64,000 nucleotides of DNA from Catajapyx aquilonaris (GCA_000934665.2 JYFJ02000072.1:1-64000), one strand, 5' to 3'; positions 25,496 to 39,658 are shown, counted from the first letter of the stretch. Translations and numbers: made by a program. The notes: generated by a model from the letters alone, not told the origin.

Positions 25496-25960
25496 CTCGA
25501 AATGCAGATGAGTCCTTATGGCCCGTCAGAGAGATGCAGCCAGATGGGCAGACACTGCAGCGAGAGAGGCTGGCGGAGTGGGAGACGAGCAGCGATGGGG
25601 TCAAGGGATCAGCAGGCCCAGCCGAGGCATCGGTCAGGAGGAGGCGGCGGCGGCGTACGGAGAGCGAGGCCAACAAGAAAACCAGACGCGGCCATTGTTT
25701 TTCCAGATCGGCTTCGCTCCACAACCAGGGCCAGCATCCCCGCCGACCTTATTTGCGCATCATTTTAACAGGCAGATATTTCATCAGGGGGTATCTCAGT
25801 ATTTCCTGGGGTTTAAATGCACTGGAGTTGAATGAAACATGCGAGATTGACTTGAGAAGAGCGATGGTGTTGGCACCCTTGTCCGGCCGCCATGTTTCCT
25901 TTTGTGGTTCACTCCTGGGCGCGAAGGACGATGTCACCGAAGTGTCCGAAGATTAACCAC
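25496..25960 (-). promoter_or_regulatory. Putative MSL2 promoter and non-coding first exon (CpG-rich)
   Basis: CpG-rich island with donor GAG|GTGAGT at 25495 and acceptor TTTTCCCCTACTAG| at 24817. An in-frame TGA lies directly before ATG 24813, so the upstream exon is untranslated for MSL2. YY1-like ATGGC(G/C)GC motifs at 25893 and 25695. The 5' limit is a guess. Confidence 0.55.
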
Positions 25961-28900
25961 GGCCGACGCGACGGGGACATGAATAGGGCCTTTAGAAGGT
26001 GCACTACACATACGTATGGTTAGACATTAGAGCTTAGAGGTAGGTATAGTACCGGCACTGGTGATGTGTGTGATGTGATTAATTATGAATTTCTGAGTGA
26101 CCTGCTCCGGCGCGGCGCAACAGATGTTGCTAACTTCTCACTACTCAAGACTTATCAGAGTCTGCGTATCCTGCCTACGTCATGCCAGGAGCAGGAAATG
26201 AACTACTGTAGCCATTGTACCTCCACTGTATACACGACCAGGCTCACGCGTTATTCTCATAAGAATGCCATATAGGACTGTAGCCTACGCACAATTGGAA
26301 CATAGCATGAATGCAGGCGCGTACGGCGTACCTAGAACATTTTCCTGTGGGGGGGTATATCTTGGGGGAGTCTACGCGCGTTCACGGGATAACTGCTAAG
26401 ATACTAGCTGCTATATTAGCGGTTCACAACCTTTGCTACATCGGGCCCCCCTGGAAAGTAATTTCAGATATCGCCCCTCCCCCCTCCCAAATCCAAGAAG
26501 CCCGCCGCATGCGCAAATTTTTGGGGGGATTCAAGGTCACACATGCTTATGTGAATGTAATAACTGACAAAGTACAGTGGAATCCTCCTATACTGTATAA
26601 GCACATCGGATATAATCAAGTAGAAGGGTCGGTCCCTTACTTCATATTTCCAGCATTGCCAATGTACAAGTGCAGTTGAATTAGGATATAACAGACTTGT
26701 GTGCTATTTTCTGACTGCACAAATCCAGCTATTCAGCACTATGCAGCTGTAATTATATATAGTAGGTAAGCATGGGGCACCGGCACTGACACAATATTAT
26801 CACTGTCACCATTCTGCTGATACTCTCACGCGAATCGCCGAATCCACCCGAAATTTCCTCTATTTGTCTCGGCTGACCCATTGAACCAAACCAAACGATT
26901 TTATGTATACTACTCCCAAGAAAGACCACAGGATTTTTAAAGCACTGTTTCCTGCCACTGATTAATTACACCTATTGCCAGCATTGATGACCTCTCCCTT
27001 CAGCCATAGTGGCCAGAGGGAGATGTATCTCCAGCCCTACATTCCACCTCTGGTCCACTAGATAATGGACTATGGCAGATTATGGCATTACAACATTATG
27101 ATCTTGATTATGATACTGTATTGTGTCTGAAGGCTTATTAATGTTGTAGACATGCGGGTAGAAAATAGAGGAAGAAAGAGATTGAGAACCTGCTCAATTT
27201 ATTAATGCATTCGACAATGGTCTGGTGTGTAGATAGAATATACCTTACAATTGATTTCCCTAATATCTTGTGATTTATTTGTTTATTTGCTGTTCCATGC
27301 TGGAACAGAAGATTGGCCCTGTATGCAGTGCCTCCAGGAAGGAATGCAATGTGTCATTGATTGCGCTATCTTGGGCCATTCAATTCTCCGTTCTGGGGTA
27401 GGGAGGGAGAGGTAAGATCATCTGGCTCTTACCTTAGCCATTCCCATTCAGATGACACTGTTGTATCATGGACCAGAGTAAGTTTTCTCTTTTAGAGAAC
27501 ACTAGCTATTGTTATTACTGCTGACAGTGAGTACAAATCATAATGACACCGATTGCAGATAATGTGGAAATCAATAAGTACGTAATTGTTTCATAATTAT
27601 ATATTGTGTACATATAGAGGAAATGCTCCTAATACGGAATACTTGCCTAATGTGGAATATCGGCTTATTTAAAAAACTACTGCGTGTCTGCGTGTCACCT
27701 GTCGACACTTTCACAAAATATAGCTCTACTTAGAGCATCACCAGCGAGTCCGGTGTAGAGTAACGGTGATGAATCACTTAACATTTCTAGCAACAGATTA
27801 ATCACTTTTGCCGACCACATGCAAAAAAAAGAAAAGAAAACATCGAAGATATCAACGTCTATTGCCGTGTTCGTATTGAACAGCGCAAAACTGTATGTTG
27901 TCACGACCATCACCAGCAATGTCTGCAGAATCGGTAGGCTACAGGTAAAAATTATAACTTACAGTTACTTGTTACTTACAGTTACTTACTTGTTAGTATT
28001 TTAATTATTATGCGATGGAAAAATTGATCACAATAATGACATGCATTGTGTGCCTCTTAGTTTGCAAAAAAAATAGAAGGCCGCCACTCTATTTAGATTT
28101 CCACATATAATGTGTGAGGTACATGCTAATATTTGCTATAATATGTTACTCACTTATTTTCATGGCAGTGGCATGTGCTGCAGGCAGAGAGAATTATAAA
28201 TGAAACACATAACAATATTTAGACAGAGTCAGTTAAGTAGCAATAGGTTAAACTTTTTTACCTTGTTCACAAAATAATATTGCCCAGGTTATAACTGTAT
28301 TGTCAGTGAAGGTATCTAAATAAATTAATACGCAAAAGAAGAAATATATCAGCTGCTGATTTATCCAAAGCGTTTCTTTGGCCAAGTTCTCCAGGTCCCC
28401 CTTCTTTGGAGAGTTCAACTGTACAGAAAAGCACCTGTACATTGTGTAAAGACGCGTGATGGGCTTCATGGTGGTGTATAGTGGTAACGATATGGCCTTC
28501 CACCTATCCCCGTGTCGGACAGCTAAGCTTTTCTCACGAGGGAGAATTACATTAATCATGTTTCGCTTTGCATGTTTCATTTTGCCATCCGCAGTGTACT
28601 TGTGAGCACGGAAGTCAGTATTTTCGGAGAACTGCAACATGATTACAGGGTTACCCTTGAAAATGCAAAGCCAGTATATTATATAAAAATTGCTCATAGA
28701 CCACGGGAATCTTGTACAGTAGTGTGTTACCAATAATGTGGCTGACTGATGATTACGTGTGCGATAAATGTCTGCAATTTTAAAAAGTAATACAAATAAA
28801 ATACAAGTTACTTCCCGTGGCATGCAAGATAGCAATAAACATGATTATGTTAATGACAGGCCCATATGAATGTAAATCATGCATAATATTTTGTCAATTA

Positions 28901-29394
28901 AGACCGTCATGCAAGGGAATGTTTGTGTCCAGTGAAATGTAGTACCTATACAGTAATACACTGTAATTGATATCTGATAACTGAACTTCTCGACCTGTCT
29001 TATGGCAGCTATCGTGGCTTTTCAATATTATACTTACTTGAAGTTATTTATCAAAATATCAAATGCATTTTTTTGCGTAAAATAGTGCCTAAGTCTTCTG
29101 ATATTCCTGGAAAGAGGAGTATAGATCCTCCTAAAAGCTTTCTGTATAGGAGTTTTGGCTGCCTTTTAAAAGAGTCCAGTGCATTGGGTAAGTTCTCCAT
29201 GGAATGGCATTGCTATTAAAAGTCTAAGAAGCCATAATTATCTATTCATGTAGGTTTATTTTTGAAGCGACTTAATACAGGGCGCACATTTAAATAAGCA
29301 ATGAATAGTGGTCAACATTTTCTTCGGTACTTGCAGTGTTTCCTTCCAGAAACCGTTTCATGCTAGGCAATTAACGATTTTCATGACCATCCTT

Positions 29395-29413
29395 GGGGGG
29401 GGGGGGGGGGGGN
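29395..29413. repeat. Poly-G tract ending in an N
   Basis: G18 followed by n at 29413. Confidence 0.75.
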
Positions 29414-32400
29414 CGATATAACTTGGCGTGACTTTGGGCCATCTAATTTCCACCCTAAGCCCATTGGCCGTGAGCAAACGCAGTTATCTTATTAGGAATG
29501 GAAGGAGCGCCTGTGTTATAGGAAGGACCTTAAAGCCATAAAAGTAGCAGCATTTTTATGTGCATCCATCAAGCCGGCTTGTTATCTTCCTACTGTTAGG
29601 TAACTGGAATTAAATTTCTAACTCGATTTTCAGGAGGATCGAACTGAGGACCTACTATGTGGCTCACACTCTTTTGGTCGCTTTATTCTGGTTTGAAGCA
29701 ACTATTCGCACAGGCCCCACGGTGAGGAAGTGTGTGTGTGTGTGAAAGGTTGCTTCTAAAGTGGCCAAAAGAATTTGAGCCCTCACATGCGTACACTACC
29801 AGACGCGAATTAGTCAAATCCCCCAACAAGTTTACCAGCCATTACAGTGTCACTGGTAATTTTTTGGCCAAAATGTACTCCTGTCCAATGAGTGTAGTGT
29901 CCTCATTGCCCCTGTCAATAATCCACCTGATTTACGGCCATCCATTTCATCCTGACTATTATGAGCTACACTCACGGCTCTCCAGCCCACATGACAGTCT
30001 AACTGACAGGATAAAATGTCACACCATATACCTGGGCCATCAGCTGGGTATTCACATGTGGTGTGAGTGAAGACACACCTTGTACTACTATACCTTTCAT
30101 TACATAAAAAAAGCCACATCGAGAAAGTTCTGCTTTAATGACAAGCTCGCCAATTCCCAACAGTGTAGTGGAGCTGGAGAAACAAAATGGACTCTAATCT
30201 TGGCTTGGTGGGCCGTTTTATTTGGGTGCAAATTGAACCTGGTACATATCGGATGGGGGGTGAGGCGCAAGTTTGTGGGAGGGTCGGCGGGCGTCTCTCT
30301 ATGCACGGTTTTGCAGAGGGGGTGGGGGTGGTCGGGATGGTGGGGCAGGGTGGGGGAATGGGAGGTGGAGAGGGGGGTGGTCGGTTGGTTTTAGTAGAGA
30401 TCGTGACAGTAGTGGTGCGGGATGGCGGCGGGAGACGAGGTGGGAAGAGGGGACCAAGGAGCGTGGGCCCCGGGGCCTGCCCGGGGGCCCAACTCAGGTC
30501 CTGAGGTCTGAGCCTTGGTGACCCCCAGGGCCCCCTTACTCCAGGGTGAGTCATGACTATAGGAGGGGCAGCAAAGTATTTTCTCGAGAGCGGACTAAAC
30601 TGACAGTTGGAGTGACACTTGTGATGTCATGTTAATGGGTTGGTTTTGGGCCGGGTTGGAAACTAATGCGGTGAAATCTTGGAATTTGAGTGCGTTTGTG
30701 GGGAATGTACTGGTTTTTAGCGGAAATGTATTACCAGAGGCGAGTGTGGTTAATTCAGGAAGTGGTTTATAATCGTATTATAAACCCTCAAAATTTGGCT
30801 CTTTTGTTGCAAAAAGAGGCTGAAAATTATTATGTGTAAAATTTTGCCCGCATTTGGCTGTTAGCGCATTTTTGCTTGGAACTGTGGATGTGACGTCAGA
30901 TGTGACGTTAGTTGTGCGGACACGTGTGTTCAAGAGAGACGTATGTGCAGGACTTAAAGCACATGGTCGGCCTGTTGCTCACAAAATCGACGTCCGATCC
31001 TTTGCTCAAAATGTCAATGCTCATAACCAATTCCAATTTGGGGGATCTGCATTTAAGTGGTACAATCACGGAATGGAGTCGACCCAGAGCGGGCTGTTGG
31101 AATAAGTTGGAATTGGGCCCAAGTCCATCAAAGGTTCATCCCATTTTGACCAGCGGTCTAACGGCTATGTTGTTCAAGTGGACTTGGGCGCTTTTCCAGA
31201 CTTCACGTTTAATATCGGTGGCGACAGTTTTTCACACCACCTGGCCTCTGTTGGCAACAATGAAATATTAGGAAATTCAATGCCCCGCTGGCAAGCACTA
31301 GACACTGTACTTGGAATAATTGCGGTCATTAGAGATACGGGACTCGACCTTTGTTCCCACAGCGCATTATTTAGGCATTAAAGTCCCAAAGTTGTTTTCC
31401 CCGATCGGACTCTCCAATTTACTAGCCTCCCACCGCACCAAAAAAAGCTGGACCATCAGTTCTGGGAACCACCATGATGTCTCTTCCCTTTAATGCCAAT
31501 TTTAAGGCAAAATGTAGGAATATTGCATTTAATATCAAAAAGTTTCATTATGGCCATATTAGCTCTCTCACCATGACCAGGTGCATTTTGCGCTCTTTTA
31601 TCTCCAGGGTTCCTCAAGTCTCCAAATCACTGAGCACACATGAGCACATACTTAGTGGGGTGGGGTGGGGTGGGGTGGGTGGGGCGTACAGCACAAGACT
31701 GTACCTAGCCAGCAGACTGAGCCAAAGCTGGCAGATCGATAAGCTTGCGGAGCTGAGTGGCAGGCAGCAGTCCACTGGGCCCCCCTATGTACTAGCCCTA
31801 TCTGTATCATGCATACATACGTTTGTCAACCATCCCCCCTGGTTCACATGTGCACTACACGTCAATTCAAACGGGCACATGTACACACAAATCCGATGTG
31901 TTTACCCGCGCCTCGTAAATTATTCGCTGCCTACCACCATCAAAGTTATGCAATGTTTATTACGGGTTGATTGCCGTCGAGTGTAAATAGGGAGGATTAT
32001 GCAGGGTCCCAGTGCCAAGTTTAGGTTACGTCTAAATGGTCGTCAGTTGAATCTTTCATTAATACCGCAGCTGCTGACAAAGAGTGCAATTACAAAATAT
32101 AGTGATGTATGGCCGTCAGGGGAGTGGGGGAGGATTGCAGGGGGGTATAAATTTGGGTGTTTCGGATGTGTTTGGGGTGAAGATTGTCACATGACAATTC
32201 CAGGGGACAAACGGAGTTAAAGGTTTTATTTTGGGATGTTTCAGTGTTCAGGAGCCGGATTTATTAGGGGGGGATTTGAAACAAAAGTGGGATAATCCTA
32301 TCTGATGTGATCTTGGGGTACGCGATAGAATTTTAAAGAGCGAAAGTTTGGAAAATGCCAGCAATAGAAAAGTTGAAATCCTATAAAGTAATTCGTGGCG

Positions 32401-33199
32401 TAAGGCGGCGGCTGGTGCAACGACCACCTGTAATATTATTAGGTGCTCTCGGTACCGGTGTGGTAGTGGGTGGATTCTGATACGCCTAAATACACGAGGT
32501 GAGAACGACACTAAGCTAAATATGAAAACCCAATATTACAGAGCTGTTTGGCCTTAAAAAAGGATAGTAAGGACAATCATGTCACTAAAAATGAACACTA
32601 CAAAGACCACTAGAGTGAAATCCGCCTGCAGCAAAGTTGCTACATTCCGAAAAAAATTACACACTGGGACTGGGCATTCCTTTTCGTATTTCAGGAACAG
32701 AAAGTTTGTAATGGGCAAGTTTTTGCTGTATCTAGGGTCCGTAACAGGTATAGGTGTTATTACTTGTATGTAAGTTATATGAACATAATTATGTATAAGA
32801 ATAAAATGTAGGGGAAAAAGTACCGGTCATTTGAAAATGACAGGTACTGGTATGATATCCCCTGAGCTGGGAAACTCGTAGTCAGAAATCAATGCTCATT
32901 GTTCAATATATTGTGTACTTGTACATCAAATTAGTTGCAGAGTTTCTCTGGAAGTCAAATACACTTATCATAAAGTCTCATAATCTCTGAAAGTTTCTGG
33001 CAACAATAATGGCATTTGAAAGCGAATATATTTCCTTCGAATAAAATTTTGCGTTTATTTTGGATTATACAGTATTAATACCTTTGTTTTATCCACAACC
33101 AAAGTGAAAATCTGATGCTATTACAGTATGAAAAGCATAAATCACAGTAACACTTATTTTATACTGCTGTAATTAGCATGTTCATTTTGAGTTTGCATG

Positions 33200-33420
33200 C
33201 AGGATGTTCCTTTGCCCAAGGTGACAATCAGGAAGATGGAGTACGGGAAAGAGTTCATGTATTAGTCACCCCATGCGATGTACACAGAAAAATAATCAGT
33301 CCCCAACTTACGTACTACCCAAGCCATTGGAGTTCCATTTCGGTCCAGGAAGGACTAATCCAGCAACTCTTCCCGGCACACGATCTTCCAGATCGTCAGC
33401 ATGGGCAGAGGAACACCCTG
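33200..33420. mobile_element. Old Tc1/mariner-type MITE (CAGGGTG-end group)
   Basis: About 68-bp diverged arms: CAGGATGTTCCTTTGCCCAAGGTGACAATCAGGAAGAT...ATTAGTC versus the reverse complement of the right arm, CAGGGTGTTCCTCTGCCCATGCTGACGATCTGGAAGAT...ATTAGTC. Right flank is TA, left flank TG. Confidence 0.7.
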
Positions 33421-36400
33421 TAAAATAAGGCGCTATTTTGAAGAAAAAAAAGTGAATGTAAACGTGCCTACAATAACAACATAGCACGGGATGATATAGG
33501 ATCGTGTGAGGTAATTTTGATTTCCCAATGGTTCGGGCTGTCCCAAACGCTAACCGAGATTAGTATGGTTGTATTTTATGGTGTGACGATTTGCAAACGG
33601 GCAACGAAACACACCCACTTAGCTGATTGGTTCAGATGAACTCGGGGCCCAATCAGTTAAAAAGGGCGCGTTTGCGTTAGGTTCATGGTTACCTAATGCA
33701 CTACAGACCGTAAACACATAATCAAAACCGCTTGTCTGAGTTGAGGGTTACCCTGTACGTCATCATCTTACAGTTACCATCATTTTTGCCGCAGTGCACT
33801 CCCCTGCTGTAGGGTCATTTCGTGTCAAGCATATCAACCTCCAGCTCCCACTCCCATCGACGATTTAGGCGAAATATGGGAGTACATTTAGGAGTGATGT
33901 GCATACGTCGCAGGGTAGATTCCAGGTCAATCGCTCCACTTGTTTACACACGAGAACTAACTGAATATTCCATCCAATCCTATAGCTTATGATACTCTTG
34001 AATTCGGAAATTTTGCAAACAGCTTTGATGCTTTTAAGCTCTTTAAACACGGATACAGTAGCCTTGTTTAGCATTACATGAGAGCTAGCAAAAGCAAAGG
34101 CCACGAGTTACTACATAGTTGCATGTTGGTCATTTTTCTTGGCTTTCTAAAACCTGACGCATCAGGGGTGCACGACTGGGAATTTGAACACCCATATTGG
34201 CTAAAATTGGAAGGAAATGTCGGCGTATGCCTAGGTGGACAATTTGTATACCACCAATCAGATGACGTTTGACATTTCTCATTAATTTGCGCTTTCACTC
34301 CTTTCAAGTGACATATGGCATGACTTGGAAGATGGAGAGCCATCAGGTTGAACTTGCATGAAAAGTAGTATCAGATAAATAGATATATATTTCTGTGGTG
34401 TCCTTGTTAGAGAGGACGACAGAATTTGGTATATAATTTGTCGTCATAACTATGTTACGTAAATAGGTTGCAAAGCATTACGTATGATCAACATACTGTA
34501 TCTAATTAATGTCTACTTACTCCGCTTGCATAGGTTATAATAAATTTATTTAAGTTTTCTGTCTACTTCGAACTAGATAGGCCTAATCATGAAAGTACTG
34601 TAGTGTATGGTGTTTCTGAGTACTTGAATGTTCCAGAATGAACCCTATTTGTATAGCCAAGAGCTAATGGTATAGCTAATTGAAGGCTGCATGTAATCTT
34701 TATAATAAAAGCGTGAGACTCTCGCCCTTCAATGCCAAAATATATCAGTAAGCTGGTTTTGACTTGAAGACATCCTGCAACTTTAGACAGACTGTGTGAC
34801 CAAAATCGTGAACTAATGACAGCTCTATACATAACTACTGGTAACCGTGTTGCTGAATTTGGGTACAGTATGTCCTAAATAAACAAGTCGAAAATATTAA
34901 TGTAATTAAAATTGGGCGGTTCCATGTGCAGTAATTATTGCACATGCGGACAAACATTAGGATTAAACTGTACACATGTCGGTATAGCCAATTTAATTAA
35001 GCGCTATTTAACGAGGCAATTACAAACGAGTGCAAACATCGAAAATGATGATATATTATTCGGCGAAGTTGTTATACAGTATATTTAAATAGTTATTATG
35101 TAGGTCTACATCGTGAGTTTTATATGTATTTTTACCTTTAATTGCCATATATGCCTGGGAGCGGATCCAGGATGTATTAATATTAGTTTCGCCCCACCCC
35201 CTATATTCATAGGCAACTCGTACGGCATGTGGATTTATTGTTCGCGGACGGATTTGTTAACAGTTGTCAACCAGTGCCGCGGCATTGTCGCCATGTACCG
35301 CCTCCAACCTTAAAAGCGTGTCGTGGGGACCCGCTCCTGCCAATGTTACAAGTCATATTACTGTCTATTGCTCCTGAGATGATGATGCCCTTCAGGCCCT
35401 TGCAATTTTATTTCACAAAGAAAGATGCGAGTTAAATTTTATTTTTCAAATATTGTGAAGATATGAGAATAACTTTGTACGACTTTTTTTTTTCAATATC
35501 AAAAGGGAAGTTTTTCGCTTAGGCATTCAGTTTCCTTTGCTGCAACTCTAGGAATTCATTATTTCACAGTATAACGATCTTCGTTACCGGTTCATGAGAA
35601 AGGGGTCGTTTAGTCAGATCATTAGTGACTTGCTATTTCTGTCTCTGTAAGGCAAAACCCTGCCTCATCTGCAGGATTAGGACAGTTTAACTGCAAAAAT
35701 GAACTTCTGGAAATAAACTTTTCATGGCTTAATCTTAGTGATCGTGCGAACTCTTTGCGTTTATGATAAATGCAGAGAAGGACCAAAGAGGCTGATTAAT
35801 TTTTTGCTCTAGCTTATTATTTAATGTCATAAGAGAGAGTTTCGAATATTTTAACACTCGAGCGTGTCACCGTACGGCGTAAGGCATGAAAGCGCTAGAG
35901 CAACCTATTATTCGCGTTGGCCTAGAAGAGGTTTTCAGTTTCATGTAATGCCCCCGTACCCTTCCCATTTACTCAACAAAGCGCTAATGATTTTAATTAC
36001 CTCCCTGAAGTAGGGCAGGTGAGCGAAACAATTTTGCGCCAAATTGAAAGTGGAGAAAATTTTTGCCAGCATCATTACCCTAAGTAGACCCCTCGCCCTT
36101 ACGGCTGCCATTCCCATCTCCTGTTTAATTTTGAGAGTTGAAATCAGAACGTCATTTGATTTGCAGGAAACAAAGCCTTGTTTAATGAAGAGAGAAGGGG
36201 AGGTGGGTGGGGACTGGGGAGGATATATTTTTACCATCTCTCTGGACGTGTTCCTGAGGACGCCACAATGGGACGTGACGAGTGGGGTGGCGCATGGGGC
36301 ATATATCTCCAGGCAGCACACGTATGGATCTGACTCTACCCCCCCCCCCCTCTACATGGCGCGTATTGAACCACAGATGGTTGATGCAGCCTCCCCCACC

Positions 36401-39400
36401 CCCCTGAATTCTGACCCCTGTCCTATATTCCCCCCACCCCCATCGTGTATTAGAAGAGTCGATTGGAATCCCGGGAAGGCGAGTGGTGCTGGAAACTTGA
36501 CCGCCGAATCTCTTCTGGCTTCATGCAAATTTGTTTGCCATTTTGCACTTGTGAACCTGGGTCGTTAATTCCGGTGGGCTGGGTCAAAAGGGCGCCTGCC
36601 GAATGGTAGAGGCGTGGGAATATGATAGCTGACCTGGGATTTTTGTGGTCGGAGGGGTTAGGTCAAGGTTGTTTATGGATAAAAAGTGGTGGAATTGAAA
36701 CTATTCGCTCTTTGTGCAAATGGTATTGCAAACAGGGGGTATATGCACGACAGCTATGTGTCATGTCCGTTTGTAGCCCTTTGTCACCTGCTATATTCCC
36801 TTTGCGTACCGGTACTTGTGGAAACAAGTGGGAAATAGCTGGAGCAGCACGTGCTTGCAGCCTGGCGTAGGCCAGCTTTTGGGGATCAAAGTGTCTGTAT
36901 GGTTTCTGGAATGCAGGCTGCGACTCGCGATACTGCTCCTCCTGCAAAATGAGTGTTGGTTGTTGTGCAAGAGCGGGCCCCCTTTGATCCTCAACCACAT
37001 CATCTTCTCCCGCTCAGCCCTCTGCTGTGGGATGCGCCACTTTTCTCCCTCTCTACCCCCCAACCCCCCCCTTCCTGTCCCTCTTTTTTGTGTATATTTT
37101 CGCCGGACCCTTTATAGATATGTGCATTCAAGCGGCTTGAAATGCGCTCGTTTTCTTCTACTGGGATATTAGATTTTGGACAGCCAATTCAAGTGATATA
37201 CAAAGGCGTTAAATTTAAATAATAACGTTATTATTTTAGTGATAGGTTGTTCGGTGCTGCATATTGTGTCGTTGTAATGCCACTTTTTTTTAATTACCTG
37301 AAAACTGTGTTGTCACCTACTTACGTACAGTCTGCATTTGGTTATGAAAAGAATCAGTCCAAGCTCTTATTACCCTTGTTGTTGTACTTTTCAGCAGACA
37401 ACTGGGATTTTTTTTTTTTTTTTTGCTTTGAAAAGCAACTAGCATATACGGTATAGCTGTAAAATTATCTGTTCAGTGCTCAGCGCTGTAGGCTTTTATT
37501 GTACTGTGTATAGACCAAAGTAATGCTCAAGCTCCACCATTGTTAGTGAAGTTTGCCCTTAGCAAGATCAAAATTGTTTATCTTCTTTGGGGCTGCATAT
37601 TGTCGGTTAGGCTTATTTTAAAAGGACGGAACTCACAGATCTTAAATAAGAATTATAAATTTTCGAAAAACAACACTGTTTTTAAATCTGCTATACTTAC
37701 AGCGGTACGTATACAGTACACTATAACAAGTAATTTCTCATTCATACAGCTCTCTGTGACATGCTCAAAATTAACACGTAACGAAACTAATTATGAACTG
37801 ACATACTCCGCACAGTTTTGTAGGTTTCATAAACGATCGTTAAATTGCTTTATGAACTGGAGCGCAATAAATCCTAATTAGACGTCTAGCTCTAGGTGGC
37901 GCACTTAATCCGGAGCCAACTTTAATTATATATTTACGGTGTTTTTTAAACCCTGCTTCTTGAGATTCTCGGGTGAAAGTAAAGAGCTTCCAGGAAACGT
38001 GGTATATGTATACAGAAGGGTTGATGAATGAGTCAACGTAATTCTCATTTCCATTCGCATTCCCAGTCACTCACATCAAGATCCATTAAATTCCTCTTTC
38101 CGCTGCATTTCAGCTTCCGCATTTGCATTCTCACAATTAGATGTAAATAGGTTTTTCTCCCCCGATACCTGCTGCATATTTACCATGGAGGAAGCGGAAT
38201 GTTCCGGCATCACTATAGTGTCCCCTCTTGTCCCCGGCCTTTGGTGTTTCCATGGCTTCCTTAAGAAGTTTTTTCCCATCACTTTCATCTGATGTCGACG
38301 GCGAAGAGCGATCGGCCGATAGCGCTGTCGGAACTCACTTTTCCTCCCTGATCGATAGCTGGAGTTCTAGGCCCGGATTTATAAGCGATTGAAGGGAGGA
38401 AAAGAATCGCTGACTAAGGGGCTTCCGAACGGCACTAATTAGGCGATTAATGAAGACCTCGCAGTTATATACAGGGGCTCTCTTACATTGTCAAGAGCTC
38501 TTCTCATTGCGCTTCCATGCCGCGTTCTGCGATACTGTGGGAAAATGACCACGAGGGCCATGCATCATGAGTGCGGTGTAATTGCAGTTATTAGTAGTTT
38601 CGGTGTGACATGGGACGCGGTCATGCTCGGTTTATAACTTAATCAGGCGTCTGTGGACGCTTGGAGTGTTATTTGGGAGGAGCGCATGCCCACTTGCGGG
38701 CCAAATCGAGTTATTGCTATACTATTGGGTTTCGTTTTTCTTGGAGAAGCTATATAGCCATCTAATATTGACACTGGAACCTTCTCAAGTTAAACGAGCA
38801 ACGGGACGTTTGCCTAAAATTACAACTGCAGGCTTCGAATCCGCTATAGAGTACTGTACTGTATGCTCAGTTTTAAAATAAAAAGGTTTTATTGAAAATA
38901 TGATTTCTATCAATAAAATGCTTGTCAAGTGTATCAATCAACAACAGCAGTGAATTAATAGAGACAGTTAGTCAGTTAATACTGTACAGTTAAGACTTTG
39001 GTAACATGTGTGAAATTGCTGTATCACTTACAGCAATATCTGGCTCTTTATTTTGCGCTGTGCTGCATAATAATATTGATGATAATGGTGGTGATAATTA
39101 TAACAACAGCAGCAGCAGTAAACACATGACAACTGGTGTATGTGTTTTTAAAATTATACAGTTATATAGCTCTATTGGATGTAATTCACTGTACTGGGCA
39201 TAACCAAACAACGCTTTGCAAGTTGACACCTTCAGTTGCAGTCTGTGGTGTAGAATAATAGGAATTAGTGTAATAATATCGGCATTACACTATATTAAGC
39301 TTAATGTGGTTATAGAACCGTAAACATTTCACTCACTGTTGCGTGGAATATTATGGATATACAGTGTGCTCTGTACATATACCGCAACGCGAAAGCTTTG

Positions 39401-39658
39401 AGTATACGACACCACGTTGTTGAAGCTGTGGTTTAATTTGGGAGCCGCTTCAGATACATAATTTTTGTTTGGGAAAATATGCTCGTTGTTGACTGAATTT
39501 TTGTGTGGTTTCTGGTACGGACAAGTGGCTATTGTTTTATAGTGAAGTTTTCGTTATATTTGCTTAATCCTGGGCGTGCATATCCGTATGTATTATACAT
39601 ACTGTATAATCACTGTAATGCATTATGCAAGAGTTAAACCATTTTAAATGAGCTAGAA

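Noticed and set aside
25465..25956. 163-aa and 173-aa + strand ORFs over the MSL2 promoter
   Set aside because: GC-rich antisense frames with no domain; explained by CpG-island composition.
28248..28835. 195-aa ORF and other 100-175-aa ORFs in 26-64 kb (e.g. 31474, 36044, 58463)
   Set aside because: No recognisable motifs, splice structure or coding-like composition.
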